Assembly: GCF_009914755.1 (NCBI RefSeq)
Contig: NC_060926.1
DNA from: the human T2T-CHM13v2.0 reference genome, Homo sapiens
DNA: 64,000 nt
Reading direction: 5' to 3' (one strand)
Shown here: one piece after another, positions 47,535-62,768 of the stretch
Numbering within the stretch: position 1 is the stretch's first letter
Layout: each line of letters begins with the position of its first letter
The notes under the pieces: model-generated
Told to the model about the DNA's origin: nothing
The model's database searches: none
What the model saw: only the letters and a program-made list of their open reading frames with translations
Made by a program: the position numbers and the translations under genes

Positions 47535-48587
47535 GAAGTTCTATATTTTTTAAGGACACATTTTGATTGAGGCCAGTTTCAGTTTAAGCAAGAACAAGAT
47601 TAAGAAGTTGTTATGTGAGTGGAGAGTTATACTAAAAAGGTTTTTAAAATCGTCATGAGGATATGCAAAAAGAGAATTCCAGTGTGTCTTCAGGTGATAG
47701 TGAAGGACTCGCTTTATGTGTTAGTAGTAGCCAGTGAGAAAAAATAGATATCCATAGATACTACTGCTTTGAGGGAACCAAGATATGCAGTTGTCTTGCT
47801 GTGAAGAATAATTGGGAAGTTTGATCAAATCTCTGCTAAGAAAAAGTGCTATGATCCTAAGAACTTAAAAGCTTCTTGTCAGGGAAGTTATCTGATGCAG
47901 TGACCTTCAACATGGTGACACATCTTGCTTGTTCAGACAACACTTTTTAAAAATAAATTTGAGGGTCTGCTCTATTCAAAGCACAGAATAATTGCTCTGA
48001 GAAAAAATTGTAAATACGTGTCAAATCTGTGTGTTGGAATTAACCAAAAGCTTAACAGTAGTTTAGCAACATAGTGATAATGATACAAGAAAATGGAAAC
48101 ATGGCACAAGATTGGATGCACATATATACAGTCCTCCATCCCTTATTCATCTACTTTCATTCTGACCAACTTGCGCTTTATCCTTTCCTAGTCTTTAATC
48201 CTCTGAGTGAGTCCCAGGCATTACCCTCCTGCTTCCTTCTCTCTTCATTCATTTATTCAGCAAATATTTATTGATCATTGCTTATGTGCCAGGCTCCCTG
48301 CTAAGCACAAAAGATACAGCCACGCACAAGGCACATAGGTCCATTTGACACTTGCAGTCTCGTTGAGAAGACAAAAATTAAACAAATAATGACATAACCA
48401 ATACTTACAGCGTGATAAGTCCTACCCAGGAAAAATAGAGAGGGCCACGAAAATGTAAAGCAGATCTGACCTAGACTTGTGGGTTTGGACTGAGAGTCAG
48501 CCCTGTGTACAGGTCAGATAGCCAGAGTCATAAGGCCAGTAACTAATTTTGTAAGCCCAAGGGACTAGGGGACATATAAAGCTACAG

Positions 48588-48684
48588 TAGGGTGACCAAT
48601 CGGACTAGGGGCTTCCAGGGCCATGGGACTATTAGTGCTAAAATTAGGGAGGTCCTGGGTAAACTGATATGAGTTGATCACCTA
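48588..48684. mobile_element. hAT-Blackjack MITE (MER94/MER81-like)
   Basis: TIRs tagggtgaccaa ... ttgatcaccta. Confidence 0.65.
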
Positions 48685-49004
48685 GGACTATATTCATCCC
48701 AGAAAATTTTTTATACAGTGACAGGCTCTAAGCACCTTTGAAACTGATGAATTTTAAAGAGGCACCTGGTAGTGATACAGAATTTCCCCACCTTGCCATA
48801 TAAAGGGATTGGTTGTGAAATGTATGAACTGGATCACAGGAGGTGATACCCAAGGGCAGGTCTCTGCCACTGCAGAACATTGTTCAGTGTGGCATTGGAG
48901 ATTCCTGGCGGCCCCAAGCCCATTCATTCAGACTGCTTCATTTACAGAGGGAGCGGTGATTAAGTGGCTTTACTATGGTCAACATCACTAGTTGACAATA
49001 GAAG

Positions 49005-49330
49005 TGATGCAGGTCTGGTTTCCCTGGAAACAGACTCTGAGATGGAGATTCTATTGCAAATGATTTATTAAGGCTTGTTCTTGGGAGTGAGGGAAGCAGG
49101 ATTGGGCAGAGAAATTGAACTCTGATGCAGCCTTAGCCTGGCAGCTAAAGGTGGAGGAATCTTCAGAGATGTGCAGATAAAGATGAGGGGGCTGAGCCCC
49201 CCAGTCATTGCATGCAGGCTGACTCCTGGGAGAGGCATAACCTTTTGGCTGAGGTCCCTTTTATTCAGCTGAGGCCATGAGTACTTAGTCTTGAAGAGAG
49301 GACCTGGGTGGCACACAATCTCACACACTA
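49005..49330 (-). mobile_element. LTR16-like ERVL LTR fragment
   Basis: ggtttccctggaaacagactctgagatggagatt...tttattaag motif. Confidence 0.55.
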
Positions 49331-50295
49331 GGTCTTCCAATTTCAGGTCAATGTTTCCATTTTATCGTGTGTCGACATTTACCAAGAATTGCCCAGAGAC
49401 ATCTTTCAGCTCTTGATTTAACATATAGTTAAATAAATGTCCTGGCTTCAGAAAGATACTGATCAATAATGTAAAATCATAAAGCTGTTAATAATGAATT
49501 AATCTGTAGATAAAATGGGATATAATTGCTGTATAATGCTTTCACTGAAAAGACACCGATTATTTCAGGTGGAAGCTGACTTACAATATAAACTATGATA
49601 TGCCTATGACCAAAGAACCAGACATTTCTAGAATGCCAGCATTTGCCAAGATAAAATGTGAGATGACATTTCTCTGATAGCTTAGAAAGTATTTCATGGA
49701 CCTCTGAGAAGTTTCAACACAAAGTTAACAGAGTTGTTAAAATATATCTAAAAACATAATTTTCAAATATTTACATTAATCAATTATTTTAAAAAACTGT
49801 CAGTGAAGCCAAGATTTCAGACCTTGATTTAATAGACTTTGGGCTTTTCCTCAATATTAACATAGTGTCATATAAAAGCATAACCAAAAGTCTATATTTC
49901 ATCATATAAAATTAGTACTTCTGGGATTGAGTCAGTTATAAACAAAAAATAGATAATCACATTTTTGCCTCTAAATCTGATATGATGAAATTGCAGAATA
50001 ACAGCCTTCAACGCAGGCTGCATATTAGAATTGCCAAAGGAACATAAGAAAATGCTCAGGCCCCACTCATTCTAGATATTTTGAGTTAGAATATTGATGT
50101 GGGTCCCAGAGTTTGGATTTTAGCCAAGCTCCCAAAATAATTCCCAAACAGCTAGCCAGGCACTAGTCTAGTGTCCTCATTTACTTTTGTGAACTGCTGG
50201 CATAGAGTACAGCTTCTTTTCCAGGGCCATGCTTTGTTGTAGTTGCCTTTTTTAAAAAAAAAAAGTGGTAAAATATGCATAACATAAAATTTACT

Positions 50296-50585
50296 GGCCA
50301 GGCATGGTGGCTCATGCCTATAATCCCAGCACTTTGGGAGGCCGAGGCAGCAGGACTGCTTGAGCCCAAGGGCTTGAGACCAGCCTGGACAACATGGCAA
50401 AACTCTGTTTCTACAGAAAATTAGCTGGGCATGGTGGTGCACGCCTGTGGTCCCAGCTACTCAGGAGGCTGAGGTATGTGGGTTGCTTAAGCCTGGAGGC
50501 TGGAGATCAAGGCTGCAATGAGCCGTGATTGTGCCACTGCACTCCAGTCCGGGTGACAGAGCAAGACCCCATCTCACCCCCCAAA
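50296..50585 (+). mobile_element. Alu (J-type)
   Basis: Diverged sense Alu, inserted in an L1 3' end. Confidence 0.9.
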
Positions 50586-50589
50586 AATC

Positions 50590-52070
50590 TATATATCTAT
50601 ACCATTTGAACCATTTTTAAGTTTACAGTTCAGTAGCATTAAGTACATTCCGTACATAACTACATTGTTGCATAGCCATCACCACTATCCATCACCAAAA
50701 CTTTATCGTCTTCCCTAACTGAAAATTTGTACCCATTAAACAATCATTCTCCATTCTCTGCCTCTTCCCAGGATCTAGTAATCACCATTCTATTTTCTTT
50801 GTGCATTTGACTTTCCAAGTTTCCTTATATAAGTGGTACTATACAGCATTTGTCCCTCTGGGACTGGCTTATTTCACTTAGCATAACATCCTGAAGTTTC
50901 GTCTATGTTGTAGCATGTCTCAGAATTTCCTTCCTTGTTAAGGCTGAATACTATGCCTTCTCATCACATTGTAGATGGACACTTTTCTTGCCTCCACCTT
51001 TTGGCTATTGTGAATAATACTGTGACAAACATAGGAATATAAATATCTGTTCAAGTCCCTGCTTTCCTCTCTCCTGGGTACATACCAGAAGTGGAGTTGC
51101 TTGATCAGATGGTAATTCCATTTTTAATTTTTAAAGAAATTAACACAGCATTTCTCACAGCAGCTCCACCATTTTATCCACCAACAATGCACAGGGTTCC
51201 AATTTCTCCATATCCTCACCTATGATAACCATTTTGTTTTTTAAAAAATAGTAGCCATCCTAAACGATATGAGGTATCTCACTGTGGTTTTGATTTACAT
51301 TTCCCTAATGATTAGTGATGTTGAACATCCTTTTTGTGCTTGTTGGCCATTTGTATATCTTCTTTGGAGAAATATCCATTCAAACCCTTCACTCATTTTA
51401 AAAAGCACGGTTTTTTGTTGTTGTTGAGTTGCAGGGGTTCTTCATTTATTATGGATATCAACTCCTTATCAGATATGTCAGTTGCAGATATTTCCTCTTA
51501 TTCTGTGGTTTGCCTTTTAACTCTGTTAATCATGTCCTTTGATGCACAGAAGTTTTATATGTACAGTCCAACTTAATCTGGTTTTGTTGTTGTTGCCTGA
51601 ATTTTTGTCATCATATCCAAGAAATCATTTCCAAAATCAATGACACAAAATTTTCTTCTATGAGTTTTATAACTTTAGCTCTTACATTTAAGTCTTTGAT
51701 CTAGTTTGAGATAATTTTTACATATGGTCTAAAGTAAGAGTCCAACTTCATTTTTTTTTTAATTTTTGCATGTGAATATCTGGTTTTCCCAGCAGCATTT
51801 AGTTGAAAAGACTGTCTTTTCCCCATTGAATGATCTTGGCATCCTTGTTGAAAATCATTTGACTATATATGCAAGGGTTTATTTCTGGGATCTCTTTTCT
51901 ATTCCATTGGTCTATATGTCTATCTTTATGCTAGTACCACACTGCTTTGCTTACTGTAGTTTTGTAGTAAGTTCTGAAATCAGAAAGTGTGAGATCTCAA
52001 ACTTTGTTTTTCTTTTTAAAGATTTGTTTTGGTTATTTGTGACCTCTTGAGATTCCATGTATGAAATTGA
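50590..52070 (-). mobile_element. Old LINE-1 (L1MA/MB) 3' part
   Basis: Antisense L1 motifs (ttggccatttgtatatcttctttggagaaat; ttttcccagcagcattt; ctagtaccacactg). Confidence 0.85.
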
Positions 52071-52134
52071 CTTAACAATTGCTTCTTTTAAAAATGATTT
52101 TAGATGAAATATATTACATATAAAGAAAAGTACA

Positions 52135-52420
52135 GGCCAGGCTCACACCTGTAGTCCCAGCACTTTGGGAGGCCAAGGTGGGCAGATTGCTTGAGCTCAG
52201 GAGTTTGAGACCAGCCTGGGCAACATGGCGAAACCCCATCTCTACAAAAAAATACAAAAATTTGCCAAGCATCATGGTGCATGCCTGTAGTCCCAGCTAC
52301 TCAGGAGGCTGAGATGGGAGAATCACTTTTAGCTCGAGAGGTCGAGGCTGCAGTGAACCATGATTGTGCCACTGCACTCTAGCCAAGGCGACAGAGCAAG
52401 AACCTATCTCAAAAAAGGGG
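52135..52420 (+). mobile_element. Alu (J-type)
   Basis: Sense Alu followed by a GA-rich tail. Confidence 0.9.
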
Positions 52421-53964
52421 GGAGAGGGAGACAGACAGAGAGAGAGAGAGAAAGTACATGAAGCGAAAATGAATTATCAGTCAATTGTAACACAGTAAAT
52501 ACCTAGATAACTATGACTTGGTTCAATAAATAGAACATTGCCAGGACACCAGAAGCCCCTTTTGTCTCATCCCAATTTACATTTCTTTACCCGCACCCCC
52601 CGCCCAAATTTGACCTTCTAATGCTATAGTTTAGTTTTGCCCATTTCTGAAGTTTATATTAATGGAATTGTACAGTTGTACTCTTTTTATTTCTGGCTTC
52701 TTTTGTACATTTGTTTGTGGGAGTCATCTATGTTTTTACATATAGTTGTAGTTTCTTCATTTTCATTCCTGCAAGATTTGATTATTCACAAACAGTCTTA
52801 CCTTTAATTTTTAAAAGAGCTAGGAGGACTGGGAACCTGTTTTACTTATCTCTGTCAGGAGTCACATATTTAACAATATGCATACTATTTTGTCTTAGTC
52901 ATTTGCAGACCAGCCAGGATCTGTAGGCTTTACAAATGCATAAAGTTATCTTGGACAACTGGGAAAGATTCAGTAGTGCTCTGTAGAAGGATATCTAGGC
53001 AGTAGGCAACAAGGTGGTCTGGTAGTAGGTACTAGGCAGAAGTACTAATATTTACATTTTTCCAGAGACTTTTTGGAGAATGATATAATTTAATGGAAGG
53101 GTTATTATAGTGAGAATGTCAGACCCTATGTCAAGCTGGAAATGCAAACATTTAGGGGCAAATGGACCTTCCAGTATCTTTAAAATCACAGCATATAGAT
53201 AAATGACTGCTAATTTTGCATTTATAAACAACTGGTTCCAAATCTGAACAAGCAACGACTTGCTGGGAGTTAGAGGTACTTCTTACTTTATGAGGCACAT
53301 TGAATTGAGGCTATGTCGAAGAGTCCATGGTGCTGAAGTAATGCCAGTGAAATGGCATGTGAATAGAATTCTACTTCCCATCCACGGGCCCTGGCCTTTC
53401 TCTCAACTAATCTCTCCTCCCTTCCTCCTTTACCCCCGTCCGTAATTGCTTTCACATCTGCTGGAACTATTTTCAGAATTCATTATTCAGGCCAATTCAT
53501 TTTGACATAACTGGCAGGTTAATCATGTGACTGATTAAATTAATCATGGGTTAGAAATCTGTCATTATGGTACTATATTGGAGCTATCATAACTCAAGTG
53601 TCTTTTGAACTAATTTTCCTCCCCCTTTCCTCAGCTTAACATCTAATTTCCTTTTTAAATGAGAGCTCCTTGAAACTGTCTTGCTCACTATTCTGATTTA
53701 ATTCAATATCTTCATTGCTGACCTAATGAGAGTTGGAATGTTATTTCTTCTATTTTGGAAGGGACACACAAAATGGCTGGAATGTAATTCGGAATTAAAT
53801 AAGTTTCGACAGGGTGTACCTGTTTTACAGTAAATGCAATTATTGTAATCATCCTTGTGCATATAAACTGTTCAGAGCATGATTGGGTCACACGTATTCA
53901 GAGCTCAAAGGAAAGAGTCAGTTATAATTTAGCTAAGGGACTGGCCTGCTATAGAGTATAGTAA

Positions 53965-54985
<1,021 letters not shown>

Positions 54986-55084
54986 CACTATTTTTGATGA
55001 TATTCTCACTTTACCCATTCCAACCTTCCTTACCTCCTTCCTGAGAATTTCCCTAACTCCTTATATATTTAACCAATTAGTGGC

Positions 55085-55500
55085 TGTAGGAAAACAGCCT
55101 GTTGTATGGCAAGAGTGATGCCATCTTGAAGTGAAACCGCCGTGATGATTGATGTTTGACCCCACATACCAAAGTGTTCTTTAAACAATGCCTGTAGCAT
55201 GGATAACCCCTCATAAGGATGTTTGCCTAACCTGCCCAGCGGTCACGAATTTCACAAGGAAGTCTGAGGCATAACTAGCTGCACATGTTTTACCCTAAAA
55301 GCTTGCTATATAAAGAATACTTTCTGCAGGATGGGTGTGGGGATCCACCATCTTGTGGCCACCAGAGAAATGGCTCCCACTGGTAAGTCCCTATTAAATA
55401 TTTCTTTCTGAGAAACTAAATTTGTCTGCTTCTTTCTTTGGCCTCTCAGCACCCTTGGCCTTTGGGGGTAGGTTTGCATAGACCTGCTTACCACAGAACA
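55085..55500 (+). mobile_element. Solo ERVL-type LTR (LTR47-like)
   Basis: tgtaggaaaacagcctgttg...TATATAAA (~55308)...ATTAAA (~55394)...gaaca; TG...CA ends. Confidence 0.65.
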
Positions 55501-55619
55501 GCAGTTGTCTCTGCCCCTGTCATGGTCCCCACCAATCTTGAAGTAGGATTTACTGAGTCTTTGCATTTCCGCAAATATAGTACATACCTGCTATAATGCA
55601 GGTATGTACAACCCCTTAT

Positions 55620-56110
55620 GTGTACAGATAAGGGGTTCTCTGTCTTTCTTCCATCTGCTGGCTGAATCCCATACTGTTACTGGACTTTCTGTCAGCCCTC
55701 ATGGGCACTGCTTTTCTCTCATGGATCTGTGAGTAATAAAATGCTTTGGTTATTTCATGTGTTTTGGTGTGCCCACTTCCTCTATGTCTCACCTGACCAA
55801 CACACCTGAACCTAACTCTCCTTATAGTCGGAGCTCTCCTAGAGAGTGGCTCTCTTGGTAAGAATAAACTGGACACAGGTCAGACACAAGCCACAAGGGT
55901 ATCTGCCAGTGTAAACAAGCTTCCTGTGAGAGGTACACCTGGTGACAGGTTGGAAATGTAGGCATTAGGCCAGGATAGATAAAGAAGTATTCTGTGAAGC
56001 ATACTGTAAACATCCACAACCACCTCCCTGGAGCCCTGTCAGGGCAGGGCTAGACTTTATAGCTACTCTCCTGGGAAAGATCTTTTTCAGGACCAAATCC
56101 CACAAAAAGA
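55620..56110. mobile_element. ERVL LTR remnant (MER54/MER73-like)
   Basis: ctctcctagagagtggct...aaactggacacaggtcagaca motif. Confidence 0.5.
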
Positions 56111-56498
56111 TCAAATGAGAGGAAAGTACTATTGGTACAGTGAGTAGGGTGTGTGGTCACAACTGTGAGGGACACAGCAACATAGCTTTAGCCTGCTCTT
56201 GGCTTACTAACTGGCTCTCCCGTGTGGCTGACACCATGTGGGAAGACCCCCTATTGCTGTGTGCTGCTGCCTGCCGTCTTAGTTGAGTGCTGCCAAAACT
56301 CCCCTCCCTATGTTGGATGGGTCCTAGAAAGTCCACGTCCTCCCTGGGAACCATAAATTGCCAACCTTAGTAGGGTAAGAGGGGTGACCATGGTCATTAT
56401 CACTCCCCAGAATAGGAACTACTGGTCAGACTGAAATGGACTATATTCCAAGGCCTTGGATGGCTCATTATTACTCATTACTTACAGGCAGGAGCAGG

Positions 56499-57210
56499 TG
56501 ACATGGCTCGGATGTTTGTCCCCTCAAATCTCATGTTGAAATGTAATCCCCAATGTTGGAAAAGGGGCCTAGTGGGAGGTGTTGAATCACAGGGGTGAAT
56601 CCCTCATAAATGGCTTAGTGACATTCTCATGATAATGAGTGAGTTCTTGAGATACCTGGTTGTTTAAGAGAGTGTGACACCTCCCCCATCCCCTTGTTCC
56701 CTCTCTTGCCACGTGACATGTCTGCTCCTGCTTAGCCTTCTGCCACAATTGTAAGCTCCCTGGGACCTCACCAGAAGCTGAGCAGATGCCAGCGTCATTC
56801 TTCTTGTACAGCCCACAAAACTGTGAGTCAATTAAACCTCTTTTCTTTATAAATTACCCAGTCTCAGGTACTTCTTTATAGCAACCCCAAATGGACTAAA
56901 CAGAAAATTGATACCAAGAGTGGGGTGTTGCTATAAAGATGCCTGAAGATGTGGAAGTGGCTTTGGAACTGGGTAATGGGCAGAGATTGAAGGAGTTTGG
57001 AGGGCTCAGAAGAAGATAGGAAGATGATAGAGAGTTTGAAACTTCTTAGAGACTGTGAGATGGTTGTGACCAACATGCTGATAGAAATATCAGCAGTGAA
57101 GGCCAGGCTGACAAGGTCTCAGAGGGAAATGTGGAGTTATTGGGAATTGAGTAAAGTCACCTGTGTTATGCCCTAGCAAAGGGCTGGGCTGCATTGTGTC
57201 CGTGTCCAAG
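56499..57210 (+). mobile_element. MST (MaLR) 5' LTR plus start of internal region
   Basis: tgacatggctcggatgtttgtcccctcaaatctcatg...ggactaaaca, then gaaaattgatacc...gctttggaactgggtaatgggcagag (MaLR-int). Confidence 0.85.
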
Positions 57211-57262
57211 TGTTACTGGAAAGGGGTCCTGATCCAGATCCCGAGAGGGTTCTTGGGTCTCA

Positions 57263-57605
<343 letters not shown>

Positions 57606-58227
57606 TTAAGGCCCATTGAAATTATCTCATAAAAATCATAGTCTGACAGATATTTTATGACAAAGTATGCTTCACAGTTTTTATCTCTGATCAGACATTA
57701 GAAGCCCGTGGGAGGCTGCTTGTCAAAGCCTGTGAATCTCCCTTTTTATTCCCAAGGAAACGCTTAATTCTGAAAAGCACTGTTAAAAATGAGTCTGGCC
57801 ACTGAATATAAAGTACTATTGTGAATAAATGATATTCTCTACTTCCTGGAGTCCTAAGTAGAGTTCACTTTGGTCTCAAAATTTCTGCTACTGACAAGTC
57901 TGATTCCATATAAACTTTTTTCAGTTGCTGTGTGAGCAGCACCATCGTGCATTACAGGAAAAAAAGCTTCTCTGCTCTCTACTTTGTACACCTGCTTGAA
58001 CTGATGTGGGCTTCAGAATTTGCCATGTTTGGTTGGAACAGTAGCTTACTAGAGGATTTGGGCCTCTGGATAAATCAATGAAAGCACCAAAACCAATAGT
58101 AATAAGACCACCATTTAGTAGAATGGTGTATATCTGCGCCTGAAAGGAATTTTTGTTTTGGGTGGAAGTTTAAGTTTGAACAGGCCCCATATCTGATAAG
58201 CAGCGGCCTGGCCTGCAGGATAATCTA

Positions 58228-58644
<417 letters not shown>

Positions 58645-58999
58645 CTAGGGAAAATTGGAAATTTATTTGGGGGTTTATTTGTTGAACTGGAATTTGAAAG
58701 GAGTTGTTTGAGGTCATTATGTCTTTCAGTTAAACTGGTTATCAGACACCTATCAGGGACATGAAAGTTCTAGTGAATTTCTTTTTCAAGAGCCCAGCAG
58801 TGTGTATTTTAAAGAGTGAAGTGTGTGTCTTGGTATTATCAGTAATGTCTGTAACTCGAAGGGGAATAAGGAGTGTTCTGGCCTGTGCTTGTAGTGTGGC
58901 CTTAGTGTATGTGGAGACCTATATGATTTTGATTTATATTTTGGGTGTGTGCAAGGCAAGAAATTCTGAGAGTTTGTTTTTTTTTTTTGTTTTTTTTTT

Positions 59000-60205
59000 T
59001 TACTTTATAGGGGACAATTTTTAGGTTATGGCCCAATAATTTATAATAAGTGTGAAGATAGGGCCATTTGTTGACCTGGGTGTCCAGTGCTAAGAGGCCT
59101 GCCAGAAGTTTGGCCAAGTGTGTTGTTTCTGGGTCCTGTCCTTTATTAGGGACATCTTGGCTAAGGGATGAAGGCAGCAACATCCCACCAAGCTCCATCA
59201 CATATGAAGGTTGGCAGCGCCATCTGCGTAGCCTACAAACTCCCATTACTTGTCACCCAGGTAATCCCAAAGGGCTTTCTATGTAGTCAAGGAGTCTGAG
59301 GATGGGGTGACCTCCTCTAGCAACCTGGCATCTTGCAAGAGACTGAGAACAGGGGAAGCCACTGCCTCCTGCAAGTGGAATATGCCAGAGGCTCCAGGTT
59401 TGGATCTATCTGGTCTTACAGAGGCCTTGGTAGCCATGCTGTGTTTGTGGGTGCTGTTTCATGACCCAAAGCAAAACAGGCAGCTGAATATGGAGGGTCA
59501 CAGGCTCAGGTTCTGTGAGAGCCTCTATTTCTAGGACATCCCAGCAGGTAGTTAGGCATTTGTTATTCTCATGGTGTATAGAATGAGGCTGAAAATGGCA
59601 GTCTTTTTGCATCCGAAACCCTGGGGCAGCTAATGGCCATCATAAGTGGTCCAGAGATTCTAGGAGGCCTAAGAAGAGATTGCCTAAGCCTATACAATGA
59701 AGGAGTCATTTGAAGGCACTAGCAGGAGTGCCTGTTGATTATAATTTGTAAGTATAATTTGCAAATGCAGTGTCTGTTGCCCCCAGGACCTACAAAGGGA
59801 TAAAAGACTTATATGTCCTTATTGAGTGTGGCAAATTAATCTCCTTGAAAGAGGATGTTATCAATGTAACGTTTTACTTGTGCTCCTGGAGAAAGGTGGA
59901 TGTCATCAAGATCTTATCTGAAACGATTGCATGTGACAAAAAAGCTGCTAGGGTACCCCATGGATAGCCTGAAAAGGCATATTGTGTCCCTTTGGAGGTA
60001 GAGGAAAACTGTAGCTGAGAGATTGTTTAAATAAGCACTGAACAGAACATCTTAGCCAATCTATAACAGAAAACTACTTACCAGTTGTTGATTGGATAGA
60101 ATCAGTAATCTTAATAATATTGGATATTGGGTCTAGGGCCTTGATGCATGAGAGCACAGCATTAAGTTTACAGCAATCCATCACGAACTCTCCCACCACC
60201 TTTTT
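59000..60205 (-). mobile_element. ERVL-class pol remnant (RT, connection, RNase H)
   Basis: Minus-strand peptides MDCCKLNAV, VID..AKMFCSV, PGAQVKRYIDNIL (YIDD site, 59857-59868), CWDVLEIEALTEPEPVTLHIQLPVLLWVM and HLAKLLAGLLALD. Confidence 0.8.
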
Positions 60206-60237
60206 AAAGGTTTAAGAACAAAGTAAAATTGAGCTGT

Positions 60238-62768
60238 TGTATTAGTCTGTTTTCACACTGCTATAAAGAACTCCCTAAGACAGGTAATTTATAAAGGAAA
60301 GAGTTTTAATTGACTCACAGTTCTGCATGGCTGAGGAGGCCTCAGGAAACTTAGAATGATGGTGGAAGGCAAAGGAGAAGAAAGTGCCCTTTTCACAAGG
60401 CAGCAGGAGACAGAAAGAGCACAGGGGAAACTGCCACTTTTAAACCATCAGATATGATGAGAACTCCCTCCCTCTCACTAGAACAGCATGGGAGAAACTG
60501 TCCCCATGATCCAATCACTCATCAGGTCCCTCCCTTGACGTGTGGGGATTACAATTTGAGATAAGATTTGGGTGGGAACACAGAGCCAAATCATATTATT
60601 CTGTCCCTGGCCCCTCCCAAATCTCATGTCCTCTTCACATTTCAAAAATCATGCCTTCCCAACAGTCCCCCAAAGTCTTAACTCATTCCACCATTAGCCC
60701 AAAATTCTAAATCCAGCATCTGAGACAAGGCAAGCCCCTTCCACCAATGAGCCTATAAAACAAAAAACAAGTTAGGTACTTCCAAGATACAATGGGGATA
60801 CAGGCATTGGGTAACTGTTCCCGTTCCAAATTGGAGAAATCAGCCAAAACAAAGGGTTCCACAGCTCTATGCAAGTCCAAAAGCCAGTGGGGCAGTCATG
60901 AAATCTTAAGCTGTGAAATGATCTCACATCCAGGACATGCTGATGCAAGAGGTGGGCTTCCACAGCTCTGCCCCTGTGGCTCTGCAGGGTACAGCCCCTG
61001 TGGCTGTTTTCATGGGCTCATGTTGAGTGCCTGTGGCTTTTTAGGTGCATGGTGCAAGCTGTCAATGGATCTACCATTCTGGGGTCTGGAGGACAGTGGC
61101 CCTCTTCTCACAGTTCCACTAAGCAGTGCCCAGTGGGGACTCTGTGTGGGGGCTTCAACCCCACATTTCCCTCTGCATTGCCCTAGTAGGCATTCCCCAT
61201 GAGGGTTCTGCCCCTGCAGCAGACTTCTGCATGGACATCCAGGCAGTTCCATACATCCTCTAAAATCTAGGTGGAGGCTCCCAAAGCTCAACTTTTGTCT
61301 TCTGTGCACCCACATGCACAGTGCCACATGGAAGCTGCCAAGGCTTGGAGCTTGCACCCTCTGACGCAATGGCTCAGTCAATGGCAAATGGCTTGGCCCT
61401 TTTTAGCCACGGTTGAAGCTAGAGTGGCTGTGATATAGGGCACCAACTCTTGGGGATGCACAGAGCAGTGGTGCCCTGGGCCTGGCCCACAAAACCATTT
61501 TTTCCTCCTACACCTCTGGGCCTGCCTGTAACTGGGGAGGCTGCTGCAAAGATCTCTGACATGCCCTGCAGACATTTTCCCCGTTATCTTGGCTATTAAC
61601 ATTTGGTTCCTTTTTACTTATGCAAATTTCTGCAGCCAGCTTGAATTTCTCCCTAGAAAATGGGTTTTTCTTTTCTACCTCATCATCAGGCTGCAAATTT
61701 TCCTAAGTTTTATACTCTGCTTTCCTTTTAAATAAAAGTTCCAGTTTTAGATAATCTGTTTGTGAATGCATATGACTGAATGCTTTCAGAAACAGCCAGG
61801 ACACTTCGTGAACACTTTGCTGCTTAGAAATTTCTTCCCCAGATACCCTAAATCATCTCTCTCAAGTTCAAAGTCCCACAGATCTCTAGGGCAGGGGTAA
61901 AATGCTGCCAGTCTCTTTGCTAAAGGATAGCATGAGTGACCTTTACTCCAGTTCCCATTAAGTTCCTCATTTCCATCTGAGACCACCTCAGCCTGGACTT
62001 CATTGTCCATATCACTATCAGCAGTTTGGTCAAAATCATTCAACAAGTCTCTAGGAAGTTCCAAACTTTCCCATATCTTCCTGCCTTCTTTCTGTTCTTT
62101 TTTAATACATAAGGGATTTTTTTTCTTCAACTTTTATTTTAAGTTGCAGGATACGTGTGCAGGATGTGCAGAATTGTTACATAGGTAGATGTGTGCCATG
62201 GTGGTTTGCTGTACACATCATCCCATCACCCAGGTATTAAGCCCAGTGTCCATGATCTATTCTTCCTGATGCTTTCCCTCCCACTACCCCTCCATTTTCT
62301 TCTGAGTCCTCCAAACTGTCTCAACCTCTGCCTGTTACCCAGTTCCAAAGTCATTTCCACATTTTCAGGTTATCTTTATAGCAGTGCCCCTCTCCCGGTA
62401 CCAATTCTCTGTATTAGTCTGTTTTCACACACTATAAAGAACTGCCTGAGACTGGGTAATTTATAAAGGCAGGAGGTTTAATCGACTCACAGTTTTGCAT
62501 GGCTGGGAGGCCTCAGGAAACTTAAAATCATGGTGGAAGGTGAAGGAGAAGGAAGTACCCTCTTCACAAGACAGCAAGAGAGAGAGCGTACAGGGGAAAC
62601 TGCCACTTTTAAACCATCGGATCTAGTGAGAACTCCCTCACTATCAAAGAACAGCATGGCGGAAACCTCCCCACAATTCAATCACTTCCCACCAGGCCCC
62701 TCCCTCGATACGTGGGGATTACAATTCAAGAGGAGATTTGGGTAGGGACACAGAGCCAAACCATATCA
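60238..62768 (-). mobile_element. Full-length MaLR element (THE1/MST: LTR-int-LTR), with an L1PA 3' fragment at ~62100-62295
   Basis: Two LTRs starting tgtattagtctgttttcacac (60238, 62410) flank a ~1.8-kb MaLR internal region; degenerate TSD gctgt/gttct. Confidence 0.92.

Noticed and set aside
60772-62130. ORFs of 60-136 aa inside the MaLR internal region
   Set aside because: Fragmented remnants or shadows of the MaLR internal sequence; no intact ORF.
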